From positions 288,001 to 352,000 of the forward strand of contig CAVRAO010000008.1 of assembly GCA_963719035.1 (NCBI GenBank): a stretch of DNA of 64,000 nt, written 5' to 3'. The stretch comes from Methanobacteriota archaeon (lineage in GTDB: Archaea; Halobacteriota; Bog-38; Methanoflorentales; Methanoflorentaceae). Numbering within the stretch: the first letter of the stretch is position 1; every line of letters starts with the position of its first letter. A program made the translations under genes and the position numbers. The notes beneath the pieces are model-generated. The model saw only the letters and a program-made list of their open reading frames with translations. It did no database searches and was not told where the DNA came from. Of the stretch, positions 21,725 through 32,019 are shown one piece after another.

Positions 21725-22017
21725 GCGCTTAAGATTTGGAGCCACGCAGATTAAAACGGATGATATGAAGTTATTATGTATATCGCGGAGCTACCTTGTC
21801 ACTGCTGAGTAAATTTTGCTTTCTGCAAGCTGTAGTGAACTTTTTTATCGCATCAACTTAGAGAAGCCCCCTTACTTGCGACAACTATAGAACCGGGCCA
21901 CACTCGCAGACTGCCTATCAAAGTGCGCTCCAACTTGTTGTATGTTGTCTGCATACTGGAAACGTCTGGATTCGTGACCTCGGTAAGGGCTAGGCAAACG
22001 CTAAGCGCTTGGCGACG

Positions 22018-23046
22018 CTAAATATAATTCAAGCCGCGCAAAATTTCTTCTATTTCTGTACGAGTGATGAAAATTGGCTCTTTAGGTGTGTAAGGCTGGA
22101 TATCTCCGCAAGCTGCTAAATCACTGTAATGCTTCCGGACGTGTGACAGCTTTTCCATCTCTGGCGCTACAATGAGCATGTCCTCTGTTTCGTAAGCGCG
22201 TATCTGCTCGCTCTCCGTCAAGAGCTCTTCTCGGAGTTTTTCTCCGGGCTTAACGCCGATGATTTTGGTACTAACATCGTCGGGCTTATTTCCGTACTTA
22301 GATGCTAATATTTCTATCATAACGCTGGCTACGTCCGTGATCCTCATTAACTTCATTTTAAAGATGAAGACTTCTCCCCCTCGAGCGATTTCACATGCGT
22401 GCAGAATCAGCTTAAGGGCATTGGGCATCAGGATTCTAGGCCGTACCATTTCCTGGTGTGTGATTGTCACAGGCCCCCCCGTTTCAATCTGTCGTCGGAA
22501 CAACGGAAATATGGACCCTCGCGAGCCGAGCACATTGCCGAATCTAACGCTGGCAAAAACTGTTCCCGTTGTCGTATGGTTAGCAATCGTCAGTAGGCGT
22601 TCTGCGAAGAGTTTCGAGGCACCATATGCCGTGGTTGGCTTGACAGATTTGCCCGTGCTCGGAAACACGACTTTCTTAACATTATGTCGTAAACACACCT
22701 CGACCAAGTTCTGGGTTCCGATGATGTTCGTTTTGACTGCTTCGTAAGGATTGTCCTCGCACATCGGCACATTCTTGAGCGCCGCAAGATGGAAGACGTA
22801 ATCAACTCCTTCAAAAAGAGGGTCAATCCGTTCCTTATCCCGTATATCAGCCACAAAAAACGACACTTTTTTTGATTTGAGCTCTTGCTCAAGATCGTAG
22901 AGAGCGCCTTCGTTATTATCCAAAAGTACTAAAGCACGAGGATTGACATTTAACAAAGCTCGAACAAGCTGCGACCCTACTGAGCCGGCTCCGCCTGTCA
23001 ACAATATGGTCTTATTAGTATAGAACGAGGATCCAGAGGTACCCAT
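22018..23046 (-). CDS. UDP-GlcNAc 4,6-dehydratase-like SDR (Polysacc_synt_2, PseB/CapD family)
   Basis: TGGAGSVG, HLAALK, YGASK, VRFGNVLGSRGS, PGEKL.EEL. Confidence 0.85.
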   Translation of the reverse strand: MGTSGSSFYTNKTILLTGGAGSVGSQLVRALLNVNPRALVLLDNNEGALYDLEQELKSKKVSFFVADIRDKERIDPLFEGVDYVFHLAALKNVPMCEDNPYEAVKTNIIGTQNLVEVCLRHNVKKVVFPSTGKSVKPTTAYGASKLFAERLLTIANHTTTGTVFASVRFGNVLGSRGSIFPLFRRQIETGGPVTITHQEMVRPRILMPNALKLILHACEIARGGEVFIFKMKLMRITDVASVMIEILASKYGNKPDDVSTKIIGVKPGEKLREELLTESEQIRAYETEDMLIVAPEMEKLSHVRKHYSDLAACGDIQPYTPKEPIFITRTEIEEILRGLNYI

Positions 23047-23321
23047 GTTTATTTCAATATAAAGAAGCGGTTTTGTGTATTCCAATATTATTCTTATACT
23101 TTTCTTTCCGATTGTGTCGTTATTGTAAGCTTAAATTCCAGCGGCTGTCGTTCTATCTGACCGCTCTTATTAAGCATAAGGCCAGAGGATCTAGTGGATC
23201 GCATAACGTCCTATTACCATAATGCGCTGTCCAGCCGTTCGTTAGAGTGTGCAGATCATAAGTCCAACTACTGTTTTTAGATCTCGAACGCTTCTGAGAC
23301 GAAAGAGCGCCACCCTCGTTA

Positions 23322-24461
23322 CTAGCTATCGCTCAGAAGCTCTTCAAACAGGGCCTTTTCTTTTGCTTCGCAAAGTTTGTTTGAGTATTTTTTAAGCGCA
23401 ACTGTTCTACACATTTGCGGAAACTCTTCGTTCTCCAAGGCTTTCGAAATCTTCTCCGCAATTTCACTCGGATCATCAGACGCAAGGTATCCGGTAACGC
23501 CATCCTCGATCGTATCTCTTATCCCAAACACGTCCGTACCGACGGCGGGCGTTCCACAAGACATCGCCTCGATCAGAACTCTTGGCTGACCTTCGATTGA
23601 ACTAGTCATCACCATCAAATCTGCCATATTCATAAACTTCGGCACCTCTGAGTAGGGCACCGCGCCGGTAAAAAGAACTCTATCAGCAACCCCAAACGAT
23701 TCTGCCATTTCCTCAAGTTCATTTTCAAGATCACCTGTACCAACGATTAACAGTCTATATTTCTGATCAAGCTGCTGAACGGCCCTTAGAAGCAAATCAA
23801 GCCTTTTTACCGGATGCAATCTCCCAACAAACATGAGGATTTTTTCGTCTCGAATGCCATACCTTTTTTTAAGCTCTGTGACGTCAATTCCAGGCCGAAA
23901 AACGTCTTCATCAAAAGTCAATGGAATAACAACTACTCTCCTAGCCCCTCTTTGATGAAGCTCATTTTTAAGAGATGCATTGCGTGTGACCATTACATCA
24001 GCATTTTTGATGACATAGTTTTCGATCAAGCTAGCTAAGGTTCCTAAGGCTTTTCCTTTGTTTACATGCGTAACTTGATATGCCCAGTTATATTCATAAA
24101 AGACTACTGACGGCTTTTCTTTGAGTTTAGCTGCCAAGACTGCCCCTGGACAGGCAGCGCTAAAGCCTCTTACAAGGGATCGTCCCTTCAATCGCTTGGC
24201 AATTTTGAAAGCACTCAAGATGGTGTAGGAAAGGTGCCAAAGGCCAAATCCGCGAAAAAGCGCCGAGGGAACATGTTCGATTGCTGATGCTAATTCAAAC
24301 CTGCGAGTGTCCCCAGTAATTAAAAAAAGATCGCACAAACCTTCGTATCGCAACAAACTATCCTTAAGAAGCCGAATCATACTGCCGTCGGTGTTGACGC
24401 TATCAACTAATCGAACATCAAATGAGGTGACAAAAAGCAGTCTACACCGGTCTTGAGTCAT
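23322..24461 (-). CDS. Glycosyltransferase family 4
   Basis: FVGRLHPVK, EGQPRVLIEAMSCGTP (ExxxxxxxE); start ATG 24461. Confidence 0.9.
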   Translation of the reverse strand: MTQDRCRLLFVTSFDVRLVDSVNTDGSMIRLLKDSLLRYEGLCDLFLITGDTRRFELASAIEHVPSALFRGFGLWHLSYTILSAFKIAKRLKGRSLVRGFSAACPGAVLAAKLKEKPSVVFYEYNWAYQVTHVNKGKALGTLASLIENYVIKNADVMVTRNASLKNELHQRGARRVVVIPLTFDEDVFRPGIDVTELKKRYGIRDEKILMFVGRLHPVKRLDLLLRAVQQLDQKYRLLIVGTGDLENELEEMAESFGVADRVLFTGAVPYSEVPKFMNMADLMVMTSSIEGQPRVLIEAMSCGTPAVGTDVFGIRDTIEDGVTGYLASDDPSEIAEKISKALENEEFPQMCRTVALKKYSNKLCEAKEKALFEELLSDS

Positions 24462-24550
24462 CCGATTGATTATAGCAGATGACGTTAATAATCTTTTAGA
24501 TACACTTACAAAAGTATATTTAACAACAGCCGGCTGAATAGTTGACCGAT

Positions 24551-25834
24551 ATGGCCAACACTGTCTCGAGATTTGCAGCTGCTTTCCAAAAAGCACGAGA
24601 CTTGCTTTCTCTTCACTTTATCCGCAGCATCGTGCGAGGGCTCTCTGTTTTGGGAGCCGGATATGCGCTGGCGAAAATCATCTCGCTTGCAGAGGAGCTC
24701 TTCATTGGCCGTTACCTTGGGGTCGAAGTTTATGGTACATACCTCATCATTCTTGCTATAGCTGCCATTTTAAACGCAGTGATGATGCTTGGGCTTCCGA
24801 AGGCCGTCGTGAAGCTCGTCGCCGAACGAAATGAACGCATTGTTGACGTGCCGACAAATGCATTATTTATTGCTTTTTTTCTCGCAGTAGTAACGTCTGT
24901 GCCCGTAATCATCGTCGGGTATTCGGACAGCTCTTTAGCGTTACTAGGAATTACGCGGTATGAGTTGGTTTTTGGCTATACCATAGCGGTTCTTCTCACA
25001 CTGTACACCGTCGCACAATCCTTCAAACTAGCAATGTATAAGATTAGATTTGTTGTCGTCGCGGACGTTCTTTATTGGAGCGTTGCGCTCATCTTTTTCA
25101 TAGTTTTTCGTGACTTATCGCTAGGCTTGATTGGCATATGTGTTGGCTCTTTGCTCGGCTCTCTCATTCTCATTTACCGGGTACCACTCAGTTTCGCACG
25201 CTTCTCGAATCTAAGCATAAAGTCACTCATCCCACTTAGTGTATACCTAGGTGCGGATAGCGTACTCGGTATTTCAGCGCAACAGATTAGCTTTCTCTAT
25301 CTGAACATAATAGCAACAGCTTACGCTGTTGGAGTCTTTGGCGCACACTACCGATCAAGCATATTTCTGATCGTGCCGCTCGTAACAGTACTCTCAATGG
25401 CCCTTTATCCGCGCTTCTGCTCAATTGAACAGAGCTTGCGACCAAGCGTTGGGAGATATCTTGCCTATGGTGGCATTCCAATTTGTATCGCGGCGTTTGT
25501 TCTGTCGTTTATAAGTGGCGTGTTCTTCCTGCAAATTTTTAGAGTCCCGCTAATCTTCCCACTTCTGCTTGTTCTCGCAATTTATTCAGGGCTCTTCGTC
25601 TACAACAGAATCTGGGACAAATTAGTAACAGCGTGCGAGGGCGCGAAGATGGTCGGCTGGGGAATCGCATTTGGGACCTTAACGTTCTTGTCGGTTATGC
25701 TTGTACTCACCCCATACGTAGGCGGTATGCTCGCAATCGCCACCGGGATGGTCGCAAACGAGATCGTTTATGGCGTCTTGCTGCTGAGCTGGTTCAAGCG
25801 TCGCGTCGCAGACATTGGGAACCAAAAACTATAA
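24551..25834 (+). CDS. Oligosaccharide flippase (Wzx/MOP family)
   Basis: About 12 TM helices; RYLGVEVYG and AVGVF motifs; glycan cluster context. Confidence 0.75.
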   Translation: MANTVSRFAAAFQKARDLLSLHFIRSIVRGLSVLGAGYALAKIISLAEELFIGRYLGVEVYGTYLIILAIAAILNAVMMLGLPKAVVKLVAERNERIVDVPTNALFIAFFLAVVTSVPVIIVGYSDSSLALLGITRYELVFGYTIAVLLTLYTVAQSFKLAMYKIRFVVVADVLYWSVALIFFIVFRDLSLGLIGICVGSLLGSLILIYRVPLSFARFSNLSIKSLIPLSVYLGADSVLGISAQQISFLYLNIIATAYAVGVFGAHYRSSIFLIVPLVTVLSMALYPRFCSIEQSLRPSVGRYLAYGGIPICIAAFVLSFISGVFFLQIFRVPLIFPLLLVLAIYSGLFVYNRIWDKLVTACEGAKMVGWGIAFGTLTFLSVMLVLTPYVGGMLAIATGMVANEIVYGVLLLSWFKRRVADIGNQKL

Positions 25835-25899
25835 GTGACTCGGACATAGCGATTCAATAGGAAAGCTTGATTGACAAAATTTGAGGTAGTCTCCTTCTA

Positions 25900-28221
25900 A
25901 TGCGAGAGCGATACGAGCAGAATCAAGAGTATACTAGACCAAGGTCCCCACAGTCTCCATCAGCAGAACACAGTCAGGCGATTACGCCCGCCCTTGCTAG
26001 AAAGCTAGGCAAGAAATTCTCAGTCGGCATTCTGTTAACGACTCTCGCCATCCTCCTTATTACGGTAGGTTACGCCGGATATTGGAATGGCGGCACCGAT
26101 TTAATCGATCATGATACTTCAACGTACATCGCGCTCGCAAAATACATCCAACAGAACGGCGCTCTAAGCGCTACCAATCCAAACGCAGCGCCCGGTGACG
26201 TCTGGTACAACGGCCAACCGCCTGGCCTTCCGATCATATTCAGTGCAGTTGCCACCCTTGGCGGCGTCAATATCAACTTAAATTCTGATCTACTCCTATT
26301 GCTACAGGGATTTTCCGCTTTCATATTAGTTTCTTTTATCCTCACGACGTTTGTAGTTGTAAAGAAGATAACCGGCGATACGCGAATAGCCGCTTTGGCA
26401 TCATTTTTTTCTGCAACGTTTAGCCCGAACCCGGCCATATTAGGACCGCAGTATATCGTGCCGTCAAGCTTCGGACTCATCCTAATGTACCTCGCGACGT
26501 ACTACCTTTACAGTACGATCAATGATGATGCGGGAAAGTCTCTCTTGAGCTCAAAATATACAGTGTTAGGCGCTCTCACCGTGACTACACTCATCTTTAC
26601 TCACAGGTTTTCCACTACGACGTTTTACTATATTTTCACCCTATTCATCATATTATACGTGTTGATTAATCTCGGGACCAGAATGCATTTGAAACAGATC
26701 AGCGCTATGATTGTGCTTCCAGTCATAATAAGCGCCCCCTGGTGGCTCACCATGTATAACCAGTATCAAACCCTTCCGTGGAGCATTCCAGAAGTCTTAA
26801 CGTTATCAGCAGGGATGTTAGGACTCAGTGTAGTTGGCGTGCTCTTTAGCGGAAGCGCCGATACGAGAACGGCACACAAACGCCGCGACAGACTGTTTGC
26901 TGTTGTCGGCCATTCGACAAAAAACGTGTTGAATTTGATCATTATTTTGGTGTTAGTCGCGATTGCAGGAGTTGTTGCTATTTCTCTTGTTTTTTCGGCT
27001 CAGACAGCATTTTCGCTAGCTTTCATGATTTCAAGTCTAGGCCTCATTCCAATTCTTGGCGTTCTTGTCTACAAAACGACGCTCTGGGATCGCCCTGAGA
27101 CTAATCTGCGGAACATGCTTGTCTCAAGCTGGCTCCTCGTGGCCTTGGTGCCTACCGTAATAGGGGTAATTGGGATAGCAGCCCCTAATTTGCCATGGCT
27201 CGTGCAACGTGTCATACCATACGCGCTAAAAAATGCAGACGGGGTGCGGTCGATCCTTTATCTCGTGCTCCCTTTGTCCATACTCGCCTCGCTCCTGGTT
27301 TTCAGGTTGGCATATGAGCCGCAGCCCCGCGTTCAAGGCTTGCGCCGGAGGGGAGACAAAAGGGCCATACGTTCGATTCTTATTATCGTTTTTGTGGTTG
27401 TTTCGGTGCTCTCCCCCGTCTTTCACATCGCCACCACCACCGCCCTTGCCACGAATGCGCAAGATCCAAAGCTCAATAATAATGAAATGGCCGCGCTGAA
27501 GTGGCTTAACAATCGTACGTCGTCAAATGACGGAGTTTTGTCAGATCCAACTTTCCTACAATACGTAAACACCTTCACTAACGCGCGAGCGGTATTGTCC
27601 ACCGATTCTGAAAACTCGTACGTCGTCACCCATCAGCTATCGCACCTCACCGACCTTGCCAACTTTATGAACGGCTCTACAGATTCCGCCACTAAGCTGC
27701 TCATTGCGAAAAAAATGGACGTAGACTACTTCGTTTATGATCGTGTAAAGGCAAAATATTCGAGCGACCTTTGGAAATTTCCATTGCCAGACTTTGTTCC
27801 TGATACACGAATCATGACGGAAGTCTTCAAAAACAGCGACGTCGTAGTGTACAAAATTGACCAAAGCAAGCTCTCCTTAGCGCCGACACAATATGCGTCG
27901 ATTAGCAAGGTCGAAGTAAACGGCGATTCTGCAGTTGTCTATGTAACAAATCACGCGAGCGACCCGATAAGCTTGCACATCGCTTGGCAAGACAGGTACA
28001 AGCCAGTCACCCTGAACAGCAAGGAAACAAAGCCAGTGACCATAGACCTGCCAAAAAGCAGCGGGAGCAGATTCGGATTTATGCCCACATTAGGCTCGAC
28101 AAGCACGTTGTACGTGAGCCTGTGGATGGATCCACCCTCCAATATCAGTAACTCAACGACAGACGCGAGATACGCGTACCCCATCGATGCGGTCAATATC
28201 AATTCACAACAGCTAGTATAG
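25900..28221 (+). CDS. Large GT-C-fold-like membrane glycosyltransferase
   Basis: TM1 followed by acidic loop DHD..Y, QPPG, about 13 TM helices, E..AL.WL..VLSD external domain and beta-rich C-terminus. Confidence 0.6.
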   Translation: MRERYEQNQEYTRPRSPQSPSAEHSQAITPALARKLGKKFSVGILLTTLAILLITVGYAGYWNGGTDLIDHDTSTYIALAKYIQQNGALSATNPNAAPGDVWYNGQPPGLPIIFSAVATLGGVNINLNSDLLLLLQGFSAFILVSFILTTFVVVKKITGDTRIAALASFFSATFSPNPAILGPQYIVPSSFGLILMYLATYYLYSTINDDAGKSLLSSKYTVLGALTVTTLIFTHRFSTTTFYYIFTLFIILYVLINLGTRMHLKQISAMIVLPVIISAPWWLTMYNQYQTLPWSIPEVLTLSAGMLGLSVVGVLFSGSADTRTAHKRRDRLFAVVGHSTKNVLNLIIILVLVAIAGVVAISLVFSAQTAFSLAFMISSLGLIPILGVLVYKTTLWDRPETNLRNMLVSSWLLVALVPTVIGVIGIAAPNLPWLVQRVIPYALKNADGVRSILYLVLPLSILASLLVFRLAYEPQPRVQGLRRRGDKRAIRSILIIVFVVVSVLSPVFHIATTTALATNAQDPKLNNNEMAALKWLNNRTSSNDGVLSDPTFLQYVNTFTNARAVLSTDSENSYVVTHQLSHLTDLANFMNGSTDSATKLLIAKKMDVDYFVYDRVKAKYSSDLWKFPLPDFVPDTRIMTEVFKNSDVVVYKIDQSKLSLAPTQYASISKVEVNGDSAVVYVTNHASDPISLHIAWQDRYKPVTLNSKETKPVTIDLPKSSGSRFGFMPTLGSTSTLYVSLWMDPPSNISNSTTDARYAYPIDAVNINSQQLV

Positions 28222-28392
28222 CTGCGGTTTAACCGAGACGTAGGGATTGTCAACACAGCATCTTGTTTTTTATATAATCGCTAATTACGCGATTAATTGC
28301 GCTAACCGAAGACTATTGTAAAGGGCATTCTGAGCACTTACAACATCCTGGGAGTTCCGCACTCTTTTTTCTTGCTAACGCCCGCCAAAGGT

Positions 28393-29394
28393 TCACAATG
28401 TTGACAGCACTGCGAGCATTATGGCAGCAGCGCCAGATATTCCGCAAAACAGCCACATCAGTTTAACCAGTCTCGGCTCTTTCATGGATCTTCGGCTTAA
28501 GATAAAATCAGACAAGTTCTTTCGAACAGAATATGATTTCGACGGGATCAAGTACCCCTCGTTCGTAACTTGGGTGGCTGTATATAGGTGACTCTCTGTA
28601 ACCTTTCCAACAGAGAACAGCACCATTGCATAGTTGATGATGTACGGCAACGCTGCAATAACAGCGAACACTTCGATTTTTAGCACTATTGCGCCGACAG
28701 CGATAGCGCTTCCTACGCAGAGCGTCCCTATATCGCCTGCAAATATGCGGGCAGGATACCGGTTGTACGGAAAAAAACCCACAAGTGCCCCGAGTAGCGC
28801 CGCCAATATTATTAGCCCTGCTATGTCACTAGTCGGCGACAACATAATCCCTCCGACGATTATCAGACAAGAAGTCAGTATAGCACCACACCCGATCTCC
28901 ATTCCATTGAATCCAGCAAATGTGTTTACAGCGTTAGCTCCAGCGGTAACGGCAAAGGGTACAAGAGGAATCCATGCGAGCCCAAGCCATAGGGCCCCTA
29001 CCAACGGTATTAAAAGATATGGGTCACGCCCAGCAGCTAATATGAGCGGAATGCCAGCGAAATAACCGAGGAGGGGCTTTTCCCAAGCCCCGAGGTGCAT
29101 TACATCATCTAGGGCCCCTACCATTGCTGATAGGGTCACCACCAGCAGCGAGATCAAAATCAGCTCTAAACTTAGGCCTAAAAAAGCAGCGACGATTAAC
29201 GACGTAGCGAACCCCGCGTAAATTGCAAAACCACCCATTTCCGAGATCTGAGGCTTATCTACTTTGTGAACGTCGATGCCAGATACGCCTGCAGATTTCA
29301 TTCTCGAGATGAGAGGCGGCGCTGCAGCAAATGTAACTACAAATGAAAGAAGAATGGAGACTATAAGTAAAAATAGCGCATAGCTATCAATCAT
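28393..29394 (-). CDS. UDP-GlcNAc:polyprenyl-phosphate GlcNAc-1-P transferase (GPT/AglH/MraY family)
   Basis: GIDVHK, EMGG, GALDD, NAVNTFAGFNG, YPARIFAGD. Confidence 0.88.
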   Translation of the reverse strand: MIDSYALFLLIVSILLSFVVTFAAAPPLISRMKSAGVSGIDVHKVDKPQISEMGGFAIYAGFATSLIVAAFLGLSLELILISLLVVTLSAMVGALDDVMHLGAWEKPLLGYFAGIPLILAAGRDPYLLIPLVGALWLGLAWIPLVPFAVTAGANAVNTFAGFNGMEIGCGAILTSCLIIVGGIMLSPTSDIAGLIILAALLGALVGFFPYNRYPARIFAGDIGTLCVGSAIAVGAIVLKIEVFAVIAALPYIINYAMVLFSVGKVTESHLYTATQVTNEGYLIPSKSYSVRKNLSDFILSRRSMKEPRLVKLMWLFCGISGAAAIMLAVLSTL

Positions 29395-29420
29395 CTAGAA
29401 TGTCACTTTTTTCAAGGTTC

Positions 29421-30716
29421 TTAAGTCTTCTTAGTTGGCCCAAATGTGCGCACTATCTGAGCTCGCGTAGTGTCTAGCGTAATGGCGCCTGTCTCGTCGA
29501 ACATAGCCTGCACAGTACCTTCGGCTTGAGATGCAGCAAGCGTGCGCATACCCATAAAACCCTCCGAAAAACACGTGAGGTGAGTATAAAATCCCGTTTT
29601 TGGTACTTGCGGACTGATCCTGAGGTTCCCCTCTTCAAAAAGCTGAACGACTTTGGAAACTATTCGCTCTGACGATTTTCCGTCGTAAAGAGTGTCATCT
29701 ATTGTGTTTCCTGACGCTGTCGATCGTATGGCGTCAGTCAAGACATCAGGATCCGGACTCTTGCCTACTAATCTGTTCCATCCGTTTTCGATAGTCTCAA
29801 CATAGTAGGTGCTATCAGACAGTGTGATACACGGAGTTTGCAAAACCGCGCTTTCCTTCTGAGGTCCCCCAGAATCGGTGATTAATACATTGCAGTCCAT
29901 CATTAGTCGTAAAAAATCTGTATAAGGAAGGGGATCGATCAGATGGATATGCTCAGACGACTCCAGTTTGTCCATCAGGCCAAACTTGATGAGATGGTTT
30001 CGCGTGTTTGGATGCAAGAGCACGATGACACTATAATCGTCGAGATTGACCGCAACTTTCACGATTCGACCTAGCGCCTCAGGGTTTCCAATGTTCCACG
30101 GCAGCCTTACGGCGAATGCTGCAAGCGGCCTTTCGCCTTCGCGATATACATCAAAAGAATCCGCCTTCAAAGCTCTTGGTTTATAATCGAGGAGCGAATC
30201 TATTAGAGGATCCCCTAAATAGTGGACGTAATCAGGATCATAACACTCTTCGAGCAAATTCAGATATGCCGTGTTACATACGGGAAAGAAAAGCGTCGAG
30301 CACATTTCGATTACCTTTCTTCTTACATCACTATGCACGTCGCGTAACGAACGATACCCCGACTCAATATGACCAACTGGAACAAATTTCATCGAAGACG
30401 CGATAGCTGCGCTAAACGAAGAGATGACATTACCTTGAACGAACACGAAGTCAGGTCGTGCTTTTTCTAATATATCGTCGATCTGACTGATCATAGCGGA
30501 GATCTGCTTATTGTAACTCATATTCCCAAGCGAGAGGCTATAATCGGGCTCTCTAAGATCCAAATCGATTAGCAGGTCTTCATACATCCCGCGGTCAAAG
30601 TGCTGTCCTGTATGAGCGAAAATGAGTTCAACCTCCTCGTTCTTATCAATCTCCTTAAGAAAAGAAGCCATCCCTATTAGCTCCGCTCGCGTTCCAATAA
30701 AAACAGCAATCCGCAT
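29421..30716 (-). CDS. UDP-GlcNAc 2-epimerase-like (WecB family), degenerate active site
   Basis: GTRAE, HTGQH, HIESGYRS, HPNT, TDSGG..KE. Confidence 0.8.
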   Translation of the reverse strand: MRIAVFIGTRAELIGMASFLKEIDKNEEVELIFAHTGQHFDRGMYEDLLIDLDLREPDYSLSLGNMSYNKQISAMISQIDDILEKARPDFVFVQGNVISSFSAAIASSMKFVPVGHIESGYRSLRDVHSDVRRKVIEMCSTLFFPVCNTAYLNLLEECYDPDYVHYLGDPLIDSLLDYKPRALKADSFDVYREGERPLAAFAVRLPWNIGNPEALGRIVKVAVNLDDYSVIVLLHPNTRNHLIKFGLMDKLESSEHIHLIDPLPYTDFLRLMMDCNVLITDSGGPQKESAVLQTPCITLSDSTYYVETIENGWNRLVGKSPDPDVLTDAIRSTASGNTIDDTLYDGKSSERIVSKVVQLFEEGNLRISPQVPKTGFYTHLTCFSEGFMGMRTLAASQAEGTVQAMFDETGAITLDTTRAQIVRTFGPTKKT

Positions 30717-30789
30717 AGCTCGTCTCCTTTGAGCTAACAAGCGCCATCGGCTAAATAGCTTATCATCTCGAAGTGAACGGTTCGCATTA

Positions 30790-32019
30790 TCAGTGCGTGG
30801 CTCCTTTCCCTTCGATTTGCGAACCTGGCGGATAGACTCCGGCAGCTAGTGCGCCAACGCCGACAATCGATCCGGGACCTATCGACGTTCCGACATTTAT
30901 CATGCTATTTATGCCTGTGTGTACGTCGTCGCCCATAATGACGCCAAGTTTTCGTCGTCCGGTGCGAACTCCGGCGACTGTAATAGGCTTTGCGTCAAAA
31001 CGGAGGTTAGCTACCAACGTCCCCGCACCGAAATTACATCGCTGCCCGATAACGCTATCGCCGACGTAGGATAGGTGCCCAATTCGGCTGTCGTCCATAA
31101 TTACGCAGTTTTTTACTTCAACAGCGTTGCCGATCTTGACTCCGTTTCCTATGCACGTACTAGGACGAATACAACAGTTTGGCCCTATTTCGCAGCGTTC
31201 TCCAATTCTTGCTGGGCCCATGATATAAGCACCATTTCTGACAATCGAGCCACGTCCGATTTTCACAGCGCCTTCTATCGTTGCAAAGGGCTCAACAATA
31301 CCTTCGTTTTTGCATTCAAGTGTTTGGAAAAGGAGCTCATTGGCATACAGCAGATCCCACGGTCTCCCTATGTCTATCCACTGTTCCCTGACGTCAAGAT
31401 ATCGCACTTTGTCACCTTGGTCAATCACCAACTGTATCGCGTCGGTAATCTCGTACTCATCTCGTGCCGACTTAGGGATCTGAGCAATAGCGTCGAATAT
31501 CATCGGGTTAAAAGCGTAGATACCTAGGTTTGCCAAATCGGAAACAGGTTTACCAGGTTTTTCCGTTATTTTTACAACTGCGTCACCAACTACGTCGATT
31601 ATGCCATAGTTAGTAGGGTCTTTCGCTCTTTTAGCCGCGATAACAACTGCAGAATCTTTTTGGGCTTCAGCTAGCGATTTCAACGTAAGGGGGCTTACCA
31701 GACTGTCGCCATTGAGGGCAAGAAAGCGCTCATCCACGAGGTCTCTAACCTGGCTAACTGCGTCCGCCGTCCCGCGCTGTTTTTCTTGCGTTACGAACTC
31801 AATTTGAGCCCCGTACTGCGCTTCATGGAAATGAGAGCGAATAACTTCCTCCTGATACCCAGTTACGATTATCACGTGCTTAATGCGTGCTTCGACGCAC
31901 GAGTTCACGATGTGTTCAATTATAGGGATCCCTACCACCGGTAGCATTACTTTCGGACGAGTGTACGTAAGCGGCCTCATCCGTGTCCCTTCACCCGCAC
32001 CGAGAATGATCGCTAGCAT
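30790..32019 (-). CDS. glmU: Archaeal bifunctional GlmU (uridyltransferase/acetyltransferase)
   Basis: GAGEGTRMRP, RDEYEITD, HLSYVGDS, NFGAGT, NLRFD, GRRKLG. Confidence 0.9.
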   Translation of the reverse strand: MLAIILGAGEGTRMRPLTYTRPKVMLPVVGIPIIEHIVNSCVEARIKHVIIVTGYQEEVIRSHFHEAQYGAQIEFVTQEKQRGTADAVSQVRDLVDERFLALNGDSLVSPLTLKSLAEAQKDSAVVIAAKRAKDPTNYGIIDVVGDAVVKITEKPGKPVSDLANLGIYAFNPMIFDAIAQIPKSARDEYEITDAIQLVIDQGDKVRYLDVREQWIDIGRPWDLLYANELLFQTLECKNEGIVEPFATIEGAVKIGRGSIVRNGAYIMGPARIGERCEIGPNCCIRPSTCIGNGVKIGNAVEVKNCVIMDDSRIGHLSYVGDSVIGQRCNFGAGTLVANLRFDAKPITVAGVRTGRRKLGVIMGDDVHTGINSMINVGTSIGPGSIVGVGALAAGVYPPGSQIEGKGATH

